Source: Gemmatimonadales bacterium (GTDB lineage Bacteria > Gemmatimonadota > Gemmatimonadetes > Gemmatimonadales > GWC2-71-9). Taken from it: a DNA stretch of 64,000 bases. The translations under genes and the position numbers were made by a program. Position 1 is the stretch's first letter. Each line of letters begins with the position of its first letter. Positions 57,476 through 64,000 of the stretch are shown here, in pieces. The DNA is taken from positions 1,339-65,338 of the forward strand of contig DASSBA010000011.1 in NCBI GenBank assembly GCA_035699205.1, written 5' to 3'. Under the pieces are notes generated by a model. That model worked only from the letters and a program-made list of their open reading frames with translations. It did no database searches and was not told the origin of the DNA.

Positions 57476-58501
57476 TCAGTGCGACGCCATCAGCGCGGGG
57501 CTGCCGACCTGGATCACGCCGACCGCGCCCTTATCGGCATCGGCGAAGGCGTGGGTGACGAAGGCGTAGTTGCCCTGGCCGCTCTGGCCTTCCCTGAACT
57601 CGAGCTCCATCACCGCGCCACCGCCGGTCGGGATCGTGTAGGTCTGCACGCCATCGATCACCTGGCTCACATTGCCGCCGGGGTAGACCCGGTCGAAGAT
57701 GTTGCCGACCACGTGGAAGTCGCTCCGAATGTTGGGCCCGGCGTTCATCACGAACAGACGCACGCGGTCGCCGACGTCCACCTTGAGCGGGGCATCCTTG
57801 TACTGAAATGCCCGGCCGTTGAACACTACGTAGGTGGGCGTGGCGCGCTGCATCGCGGCCCAGTCGCCTTCCTTCAGCGTACTGTCGCTCACCGAGCCCC
57901 TGGGGTAGAAGTCGCTCTGCACCAGCACGAACTCCTTGTCCGCCTTCGTGGGCCAGCCGCCGCGGGGGTCCACGATGATCGGCAGGTACATCCCCTGCGC
58001 GATGTGCATCAGGACCGGCGGCGTGCCGCAGTGCACCATGAAGACGCCGGCGGTGGTGGCTTCGAACTCGAACTGCAGGCTGTCGCCGGGGACGATCGAC
58101 TTCATCGCGTGGTCCATCGGGATCCTCGCGGCATGGAAGTCGATCGAGTGCACCATGTCCCTGGCCTCGTTCACGAGCGTGATCTTCACCCGGTCGCCCT
58201 GGCGCACGCGGAGCACGGGACCCGGCACCGTATGACCGAAGGTCCAGCCGGTATACCGCACGCCCTTGGAGATCTCGATCGTCTCGTGGGTCATAGGGAT
58301 ACGAAATTCCTTGATCGCCGCGTGCGACACGGGCTTGAGCCGCGCGTCATAGGCTGGTGCCGTCGCGGTGCGGACCGCGTCGAAATCGACGCGATCGATC
58401 GTGGGGGGCAGTCCGGCACCGGTGGTCAGGACCGCGGCTCCGACCAGGCCGAGGGTGGTGGCGGTCGCCAGGGTCAGCTTTCTCTTCGTCGCGCTCAGCA
58501 T
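57476..58501 (-). CDS. nirK: Copper-containing nitrite reductase (NirK-type two-domain cupredoxin)
   Basis: HSIDFH (T1/T2 Cu His pair) and HCGTPPVLMHIAQGM (His-Cys-x8-His-x4-Met) have the spacing of NirK. Signal peptide present. Confidence 0.85.
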   Translation of the reverse strand: MLSATKRKLTLATATTLGLVGAAVLTTGAGLPPTIDRVDFDAVRTATAPAYDARLKPVSHAAIKEFRIPMTHETIEISKGVRYTGWTFGHTVPGPVLRVRQGDRVKITLVNEARDMVHSIDFHAARIPMDHAMKSIVPGDSLQFEFEATTAGVFMVHCGTPPVLMHIAQGMYLPIIVDPRGGWPTKADKEFVLVQSDFYPRGSVSDSTLKEGDWAAMQRATPTYVVFNGRAFQYKDAPLKVDVGDRVRLFVMNAGPNIRSDFHVVGNIFDRVYPGGNVSQVIDGVQTYTIPTGGGAVMELEFREGQSGQGNYAFVTHAFADADKGAVGVIQVGSPALMASH

Positions 58502-58653
58502 GTTCGGTATCCTCGGGTCCGTTCGTACACCTGCCGCCGTCGTATCGCGGGGCTCATCGGAACGGGTAGAGGATAGCGATCAGGCGCCTAAAGAATTGGT
58601 AAAGAAGGGTTAAGCAATCTTCATGTCGAGGTGATGATTAGGGGGCTGGATGG

Positions 58654-58848
58654 GATCGTGGCGGTATTCACCACGAAGGCACGAAGGCCACGTCGGACAC
58701 GGAGGGCTCCCATTCCGGGAGGGCACCTTGGACCCGGACAACACCAACAACCTGGTGGTGGCTCCGCATCCCGATGGACTCCGTGCGCCGAGCCCACTTC
58801 GTGAACCTTCGTGCCCTTCGTGCCTTCGTGGTAAATGCAGCCACGATC
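58654..58848. repeat. 195-bp element with 34-bp imperfect terminal inverted repeats built from CACGAAG/CTTCGTG units (MITE/REP-like or structured RNA)
   Basis: The left arm GATCGTGGCGGTATTCACCACGAAGGCACGAAGG (58654-87) matches the reverse complement of 58815-48 at 31/34 positions. Inner pairing CACGGAG/CTCCGTG. Four CTTCGTG copies on the right, two CACGAAG on the left. Confidence 0.8.
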
Positions 58849-58891
58849 TCAACCAACGATCTCGATCGAGGCGCCGGCTACCGCGGCGTTT

Positions 58892-60319
58892 CTACGCCTG
58901 AATCCCGTACTTCTTGAGCCGGTACCGCAGCGTGTCCCGGCTGATCCCGAGCCGCTGCGCCGCGCGGGTCTGGTTGCCCTCGGACTCCCGGAGCGCCTGC
59001 TCGATCAGCGCCCGCTCCCACGCCTCCAGGTCCACGCCCGACGGTGGCAGCCCGGGCGTGTCTCGTGCGACCGGGCCGGCAGGCGCCGGCGCCCCCGCGG
59101 GAACGGCGGCCGGCGGCTCCAGACCCGAGGCGCTCGGGGTGAGGTTGCCGAGCGAGAGGTGCTCCACGTCGAGTACCGGCCCGCGGCTCCAGAGCACCGC
59201 CCGCTCGATCACGTGGCTCAGCTCCCGTACGTTGCCCGGCCAGGGATAACCGAGGAGCAGCTCACGCGCGCGCTCGTTTACCTGCCGGACCTGCTTTCCG
59301 TACTTCGCGTTATACCGCTGCAGGTAATGCTCGGCCAGGAGGAGCACGTCGGCGCCGCGCTCCCGGAGCGGGGGCAGCTCCAGGATGATCACCGCCAGCC
59401 GGAAATAGAGGTCCCGGCGGAACTGCTCCCGCTGCGTCTCGCGCTCGAGGTCGCGGTTGGTGGCGGCCAGGATGCGCACGTCGATCTGCCGGTCGCGGAT
59501 CCCGCCGACCCGGCGCACGGTGCGTTCCTCGACCGCCTTGAGCAGCTTGCCCTGGAGGGCCAGCTCGAGGTCGCCGACCTCGTCCAGAAAGAGGAACCCG
59601 CCGTCCGCCGCCTCGAACAGGCCCATGCGCGATTCCTTGGCGTCGGTGAACGCGCCGCGCTCGTGCCCGAACAGCTCCGCCTCCATGAGGGTGGCCGGCA
59701 GGGCCGTGCAGTTGACTTCGATGAACGGCTTCCCCGCGCGCGAGCTGGCCGCATGGATGGTGCGCGCCACCAGTCCCTTGCCGGTGCCGGTCTCGCCGGT
59801 GATCAGCACCGGCGGCGTCTCCTCGAGCCCCGCGATCTGCCGCGCCTGGTCCAGCACCGCCAGCATCGCGGGCGACTCGCCGATCACGCCGGCGAGCGAG
59901 TCGTTCCGCGCGGCGTCCCGGCGCCGGTAATAGCTCAGCTCCTGCTTGAGCTTCGAGTTCTCCCGGGCGCGGTCGGCCAGGAGCTTCAGCTCCTCGAGGT
60001 CCACCGGCTTCTTGAGGTAGTCGAACGCGCCGAGCTTCACCGCTTCGACCGCGCCCTCGATGGTGCCGTGGGCGGTCATGATGATCACCGGGATGGCGGG
60101 ATCGAACTCGCGGATCCGGCGCAGCAGCTCGATGCCGTCCATGCCGGGGAGCCGGACATCGCAGAAGATCACGTCCGGGCGCATCGTCTCGAGCAGCCGG
60201 AGCGCCTGCTCGGCATCCCCCGCCACCTCGGCCTCGTAGCCGGATTCGGACAGGAATGCCTTGATCGCCCGGGCGAGGGTGCGCTCGTCGTCCACGACCA
60301 GCACGGTGGCGGCGCTCAC
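58892..60319 (-). CDS. Sigma-54-dependent response regulator (NtrC family: REC-AAA+-Fis HTH)
   Basis: Track ORF trimmed to GTG 60319 (GTGA overlap with the kinase). Motifs: VLVVDDE, DVRLPGMDG, GETGTGKG, GAFTDA (GAFTGA variant), FLDEVG, C-terminal RAAQRLGISRDTLRYRLKKYG. Confidence 0.93.
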   Translation of the reverse strand: MSAATVLVVDDERTLARAIKAFLSESGYEAEVAGDAEQALRLLETMRPDVIFCDVRLPGMDGIELLRRIREFDPAIPVIIMTAHGTIEGAVEAVKLGAFDYLKKPVDLEELKLLADRARENSKLKQELSYYRRRDAARNDSLAGVIGESPAMLAVLDQARQIAGLEETPPVLITGETGTGKGLVARTIHAASSRAGKPFIEVNCTALPATLMEAELFGHERGAFTDAKESRMGLFEAADGGFLFLDEVGDLELALQGKLLKAVEERTVRRVGGIRDRQIDVRILAATNRDLERETQREQFRRDLYFRLAVIILELPPLRERGADVLLLAEHYLQRYNAKYGKQVRQVNERARELLLGYPWPGNVRELSHVIERAVLWSRGPVLDVEHLSLGNLTPSASGLEPPAAVPAGAPAPAGPVARDTPGLPPSGVDLEAWERALIEQALRESEGNQTRAAQRLGISRDTLRYRLKKYGIQA

Positions 60320-61770
60320 GCGGCGGGCTCCGCCGGCAACCGTACGCGTACGCTGGTGCCGTCGCCCGGGCGGCTCACGATCTCGAGCCGGCCGCCGTTC
60401 TGCTCGACGTACCGTTTCGCGATGGCGAGCCCCAGCCCCGTGCCCTCCTGCCGAGTGGTGAAGAACGGCTCGCACACGGAGGGCAACACCTGCTCGGGGA
60501 TGCCGCCGCCGGTGTCGCTCACCTCGACCACCACGTCGGCCGGGCCGGTTCCGTCGGCGACGAAGGCACCGATCCCGAGCCGTCCGCCCGACGGCATGGC
60601 ATCGAGCGCGTTGGAGACGATTTCCAGCATCGCCTGCTCGAGCTGCATCGGGTCCACCCGCACCTGCGGCAGCGAGGCGGGAACGGTCAGCTCGAGCTGC
60701 ACGCCCTGGTCGCGGATCGGCTGGGCCACGGCGGGGAGGAGGTCCTCGATCAGCCGCGGCAGGCTTTCGGACACCGGATGGAACGGGGCCGGGCGGCTGA
60801 AGCTGAGCAGGTGGGTGATGCGTCGGTCGAGCCGGTCCACCTCCTCGATGATGGCGTCGAGATGCTCGGTGGCGGACGGCGAGGCCGGGTGCCGGCGCAC
60901 CAGCTGCGCGGCGGCCCGCAGGCTGGCCAGCGGGTTACGGAGGCCGTGGGCGACCGCGGCCGACATCTCGCCGATCGACGCCAGCTTCTCCGCCTGCACC
61001 AGCTGCTCCCGCGACTCCCGGAGCTGCCGGGTCATGCTGGCGAGCGCGCGGGCGACGTCGCCGATCTCACCGCTCGAGCTCACCTGGATCGGATGGTCCA
61101 GGTCGCCGGCACCCACGGCCGCCATCGCCCGCGTCAGCTCGCTCACCGGACGGGCCAGGCTTCGCGAGATGAGCCACGAGGCCGCGAGTCCGGCGAGCAG
61201 CGCCAGGACGATGATCGCAACCAGCGTGCGCCCCTCCGCGCGGAGGATCTCTTCCAGCCGGCCGTAGGCACCGCGCACGCTGGACTCCCGGGCGCGACGG
61301 TAGATCTCGCGATTGAGCTGGGTGAGCGCGGGCTGCAGCCGTCCCTTGAGCTCGCGCTGGGCCAGCCGGTAGGCGGTCTCCCGCTGGCCCGCATCGGCGA
61401 GGCGGAACACGCTGTCGGCCACGGCGACGATCTGCCGCTGGATCTGCGCCACTCCGTCGGCCAGCGGGGCCTCCTCCGGGCGAAGCTCGTTCCGCCACCG
61501 GGCCTGCCAGTAGTCCACGACCTCGCCCGTGAGGCGGAACTCCTCGCGCGCGGTATCGTCGAGGCCGCTCAGGTAGCGCCAGACCAGCTCGTTCTGGTCG
61601 AACATGGCGGTCTCGAGCTCGGCATAGGTGCGGGTCCGGGCCATGCTCTCCCCGAGCGCGCTCAGCGCCCGCCGTTCGAGCGCATTACTGCGAATGGCCT
61701 CCGCGCCGACCAGCAGCGCGGGCAGGGCCATGAGGGAGAAGCCGAAGAGGAGCTTGCGCTGGAAGGTCAC
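60316..61770 (-). CDS. Sensor histidine kinase (periplasmic helical sensor, HAMP, HisKA, HATPase)
   Basis: Two TM segments, HAMP, H-box SAAVAHGLRNPL, N-box SNALDAM, G-boxes DTGGGI and GTGLGLAI. Confidence 0.9.
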   Translation of the reverse strand: MTFQRKLLFGFSLMALPALLVGAEAIRSNALERRALSALGESMARTRTYAELETAMFDQNELVWRYLSGLDDTAREEFRLTGEVVDYWQARWRNELRPEEAPLADGVAQIQRQIVAVADSVFRLADAGQRETAYRLAQRELKGRLQPALTQLNREIYRRARESSVRGAYGRLEEILRAEGRTLVAIIVLALLAGLAASWLISRSLARPVSELTRAMAAVGAGDLDHPIQVSSSGEIGDVARALASMTRQLRESREQLVQAEKLASIGEMSAAVAHGLRNPLASLRAAAQLVRRHPASPSATEHLDAIIEEVDRLDRRITHLLSFSRPAPFHPVSESLPRLIEDLLPAVAQPIRDQGVQLELTVPASLPQVRVDPMQLEQAMLEIVSNALDAMPSGGRLGIGAFVADGTGPADVVVEVSDTGGGIPEQVLPSVCEPFFTTRQEGTGLGLAIAKRYVEQNGGRLEIVSRPGDGTSVRVRLPAEPAA

Positions 61771-61792
61771 CGGGGAAAGATACGGGCGAGAC

Positions 61793-61827
61793 GCGGTAAG
61801 CGGTAAGCGGTAAGCGGTGAGCGGCAG
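61793..61827. repeat. Heptamer array GCGGTAA x3, GCGGTGA, GCGGCAG
   Basis: Read directly from the sequence. It is the reverse complement of the array at 62324-62358. Confidence 0.9.
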
Positions 61828-61830
61828 CGG

Positions 61831-61930
61831 GTGCTGGCCGCGGTGCGCCGGTGCTGGCCGCGGTGCGCCGGTGCTGGTCGCGGTGCGCCGGTGCTGGTCG
61901 CGGTGCGCCGGTGCTGGCCGCGGTGCGCCG
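61831..61930. repeat. Five head-to-tail copies of a 20-bp unit GTGCTGGCCGCGGTGCGCCG
   Basis: Copies at 61831, 61851, 61871, 61891 and 61911. Copies 3 and 4 carry GGTC instead of GGCC. There are no spacers. Confidence 0.95.
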
Positions 61931-61932
61931 GT

Positions 61933-62304
61933 ACTGTCATCCCGAGCGCAGCGAGGGATCTTGCTCGCATGCGCTCCGACCGCGGCTTCTTCGTGTACAT
62001 CCTCAGCAGTACGTCACGAGTCCTCTATACAGGCGTCACATCCGACCTCATCCGGCGAATGCACGAGCATCGTGAGGGAGCCATTTCCGGATTCACCCGC
62101 AGGTACGCCGTGCATCGGCTGGTATTCTTCGAGCGCACGCCGAACGTGGCCGCCGCAGTTGCGCGTGAGCGGGAAATCAAAGGCTGGACGAGGGCGAAGA
62201 AGGTCCGCTTGATCGAGTCGGCCAACGCGGGCTGGATAGATCTGGCCGCGGATTGGTTCGAGGCATTCCCCGAGTAGATCCCTCGCTGCGCTCGGGATGA
62301 CAGT
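61933..62304 (+). mobile_element. Candidate selfish cassette: GIY-YIG nuclease gene bracketed by a perfect 29-bp inverted repeat
   Basis: IR-L ACTGTCATCCCGAGCGCAGCGAGGGATCT (61933-61961) is the exact reverse complement of 62276-62304. Mobility is inferred from architecture only. Confidence 0.4.
61969..62277 (+). CDS. Small stand-alone GIY-YIG nuclease family protein (YhbQ/UPF0213-like)
   Basis: Track ORF 61831-62277 trimmed to MRSDRGFFVYILSSTSRVLYTGVTSDLIRRMHEHREG...RLVFFERTPNVAAAVAREREIKGWTRAKK. GFFVYIL...LYTGVT is the GIY-x10-YIG-type motif, with a conserved R and E downstream. Confidence 0.85.
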   Translation: MRSDRGFFVYILSSTSRVLYTGVTSDLIRRMHEHREGAISGFTRRYAVHRLVFFERTPNVAAAVAREREIKGWTRAKKVRLIESANAGWIDLAADWFEAFPE

Positions 62305-62323
62305 TGACAGTTCCCAAGTACCT

Positions 62324-62358
62324 CCGCCCACCGCTCACCGCTCACCGCTCACCGCTCA
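62324..62358. repeat. Heptamer array CCGCCCA, CCGCTCA x4
   Basis: Read directly from the sequence; it ends 5 nt before the MFS stop codon. Confidence 0.9.
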
Positions 62359-62363
62359 CCGCG

Positions 62364-63947
62364 TCAGTGCGCCGCCGCACCTCCGCGGATCTTCCCGGTC
62401 CGGAACAGCACCAGCAGCGGCAGCGCGGCGGCGAAGGTGATGCCCATGGTGAGGAAGACCTTCTCGAACGCCACCATCGAGGACTGCTGGCGGAGGGTGG
62501 CCTCGAGCAGGGCGTGGGCTTTCTGCTGCGCCTCGGCGAGGGTGCCGCCGAGCGCGAGCAGGCGGCGCGTGGCCTGCTCCAGCCAGTCCAATGCCGCCGG
62601 GTTCGACGGCGCGAGGTGCGGCAGCAGCGCCTCGCGGCTCTGCTCGCCGAACCGGCTGAGCAGGGTGGCGGTGACCGCAATGCCGAAGCTGCCGCCGAGC
62701 TGGCGCGAGAGGTTGAAGAGCCCGGTGCCCTGCGCGAGCTGGTCCGGCCGGAGGTCGGCCACCGCGACACCGGTGAGCGGCACGAAGATGAAGCCGAGCC
62801 CCACGCCGCGGAGGACCATCGGCCAGAACAGGTCGGCCATCCCGGTATCGGTGGTGAAGTGGAAGTGCAGCCACATGGACCAGAAGAAGAGCAGCACGCC
62901 GATGGTGATGAGCACTCGCGCGTCCACTCGCTGGCCGAGGCGGCCCATCGCGGCCATGGTGATCGCGGCCGCGATCGCCCCGGGCAGGATGACCTTGCCC
63001 GTGTCCCAGGCGCTGTAGCCCAGCAGGTTCTGCAGGAAGACCGGCAGCGCGAACACGCTGGCGTACAGCGCGAAGCCGAGCACGACGCCGAAGATGACGC
63101 CGCCGGCAAGCTGCCGGTTCCGGAGAATGCGCAGGTCCACGACCGGGTGCCGGGTCCGGAGCTCGTGCCAGACGAACGCCACCAGGCCGAGGCCGGCGAG
63201 CACCGCCTCCACCACGATCTCGCGCGACTGGAACCAATCCTTGCTCTCGCCCCGCTCGAGCAGGATCTGCAGGGAGCCGATGCCTACGATCAGGAGCGCC
63301 AGTCCCGGCCAGTCCATGCCGGTGCGCGCCACCGCATGGCCGGGCTCGGGCACGCTGCGCCACGTCATCACGGCGGCCACGAGGCCGAGCGGCACGTTGA
63401 TGTAGAAGATCCAGGGCCAGGAGTAGTTGTCGGTGATCCAGCCGCCGAGCGTGGGCCCGAGGGTCGGCCCGACCATGACGCCCATGCCGAAGATGGCCAT
63501 CGCCTTGGCCCGCTCCTGCAGGGGGAACACGTCGAACAGGATCGCCTGTGCCGTGCTGATCAGCGCGCCGCCACCGATCCCCTGGATCACGCGCCAGAAC
63601 ACCAGCCCTTCGAGCGAGCGGGCCGCCCCGCAGCAGAACGATGCCAGGGTGAACAGGAGGATCGAGCCGGTGTAGTAGTTCCGCCGGCCCAGCCGGTCGG
63701 AGAACCAGCTCGTGAGCGGGAGCACGATCACGTTGGCCACGATGTAGCCGGTGCTCACCCAGGCGACCTCGTCGAGCGTGGCCCCCAGATTTCCCATCAT
63801 GTGCGGAATGGCGACGTTGACGATGCTGGTGTCCACCAGCTCGAGCACGCTGGCCAGCGTCACGGCAAAGGCGATCAGGTAGCGCGAGCGGTAGATCTGC
63901 TCGCGGCTCCGCGGCCGGGGCAGCGCGGGCAGCGCCAGGGTCGTCAT
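62364..63947 (-). CDS. emrB: MFS drug efflux transporter, DHA2 (EmrB/QacA, 14-TMS) family
   Basis: 527 aa. Motifs: LDTSIVNVAIPHM, LTSWFSDRLGRR (motif A), RVIQGIGGGALI. Confidence 0.92.
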   Translation of the reverse strand: MTTLALPALPRPRSREQIYRSRYLIAFAVTLASVLELVDTSIVNVAIPHMMGNLGATLDEVAWVSTGYIVANVIVLPLTSWFSDRLGRRNYYTGSILLFTLASFCCGAARSLEGLVFWRVIQGIGGGALISTAQAILFDVFPLQERAKAMAIFGMGVMVGPTLGPTLGGWITDNYSWPWIFYINVPLGLVAAVMTWRSVPEPGHAVARTGMDWPGLALLIVGIGSLQILLERGESKDWFQSREIVVEAVLAGLGLVAFVWHELRTRHPVVDLRILRNRQLAGGVIFGVVLGFALYASVFALPVFLQNLLGYSAWDTGKVILPGAIAAAITMAAMGRLGQRVDARVLITIGVLLFFWSMWLHFHFTTDTGMADLFWPMVLRGVGLGFIFVPLTGVAVADLRPDQLAQGTGLFNLSRQLGGSFGIAVTATLLSRFGEQSREALLPHLAPSNPAALDWLEQATRRLLALGGTLAEAQQKAHALLEATLRQQSSMVAFEKVFLTMGITFAAALPLLVLFRTGKIRGGAAAH

Positions 63948-63958
63948 GAACGGCGCGC

Positions 63959-64000
63959 TCAGTCGGTGGTGATCGTCACGTCCACGGACATCCCCGGCCG
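63959..64000 (-). CDS. C-terminal 13 codons of a probable HlyD/EmrA-type membrane fusion protein (gene continues beyond the right edge)
   Basis: Minus-strand translation RPGMSVDVTITTD-stop, a typical HlyD-family C-terminus located upstream of emrB. Confidence 0.45.
   Translation of the reverse strand, partial: RPGMSVDVTITTD

Noticed and set aside
58571-58590. Possible sigma-54 (-24/-12) promoter for nirK: minus-strand TAGGCGCCTGATCGCTA
   Set aside because: The GG and GC dinucleotides are separated by 9 nt, not the strictly conserved 10 nt. A second candidate (CGACATGaagaTTGCT near 58610-58630) lacks the GG. Neither is good enough to call.
58835-61267. 810-aa plus-strand ORF
   Set aside because: It is antisense to the NtrC-type regulator and sensor kinase and has no recognisable motifs.
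61831-61930. CRISPR array
   Set aside because: The 20-bp units are directly adjacent with no spacers, and no cas genes are present; this is a plain tandem repeat.

Overview
Very GC-rich (by eye about 70 percent, not computed), gene-dense bacterial chromosomal segment. Most genes are on the minus strand and many are joined by 1-20 nt start/stop overlaps. I recognised no rRNA, tRNA, CRISPR array, integrase or classical IS transposase. Left to right: (1) 1-13.2 kb is a surface-glycan locus made of two convergent modules. The plus-strand module is an acyltransferase, two GT-B glycosyltransferases and a methyltransferase-like/kinase-like protein. The minus-strand module is a translationally coupled GT4-GT2-GT2(polyprenyl-phosphate type)-GT-C-Wzm-Wzt operon. 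(2) 13.4-16.5 kb: hypothetical-PolX-EndoIII repair operon. (3) 16.5-23 kb: peptide-scavenging genes (alpha/beta hydrolase, GAF protein, M28-PDZ and M42 peptidases, OPT transporter). (4) 23-26.8 kb: small membrane proteins, an ECF sigma/anti-sigma pair and PBP4. (5) 26.9-36.8 kb: acyl-CoA dehydrogenase; metH plus a fused homocysteine-methyltransferase/MTHFR gene behind a structured leader with an intrinsic terminator; YggU/YggT; a lipoprotein; a soluble acyl-ACP desaturase; GNAT. (6) 36.9-47.5 kb: TrxC, a YfcC-type transporter, an orphan RsrA-like zinc anti-sigma factor, then a compact cheY-cheA-cheW-mcp-HEAT-cheR-cheB cluster. (7) 47.4-52.3 kb: CutA, PAP2, P5C dehydrogenase and small secreted or membrane proteins. 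(8) 52.3-61.8 kb: pqqABCDE translationally fused to an ABC-2 exporter, nirK, and a sigma-54-type two-component pair. (9) 61.8-62.4 kb: a small GIY-YIG nuclease gene tightly bracketed by a perfect 29-bp inverted repeat nested inside inverted heptamer arrays. (10) EmrAB-like efflux genes at the right edge. The most unusual content is non-coding. At least three dispersed repeat families occur in intergenic spacers (a TCATCCCGAGCGC hairpin family, GCGGTRA/CCGCTCA heptamer arrays and CACGAAGG-type long inverted repeats), one of them wrapped around the GIY-YIG gene. There is also a 34-bp perfect palindrome between nirK and pqqA. All functional calls come from my reading of the translated ORFs and motif memory; no searches were run. 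Many ORF-track entries are antisense or N-terminally over-extended shadow ORFs typical of high-GC DNA. The starts given here were re-derived by homology logic and RBS inspection and may be off by a few codons. Taxon guess (weak): a high-GC soil bacterium such as Gemmatimonadota or Acidobacteriota.
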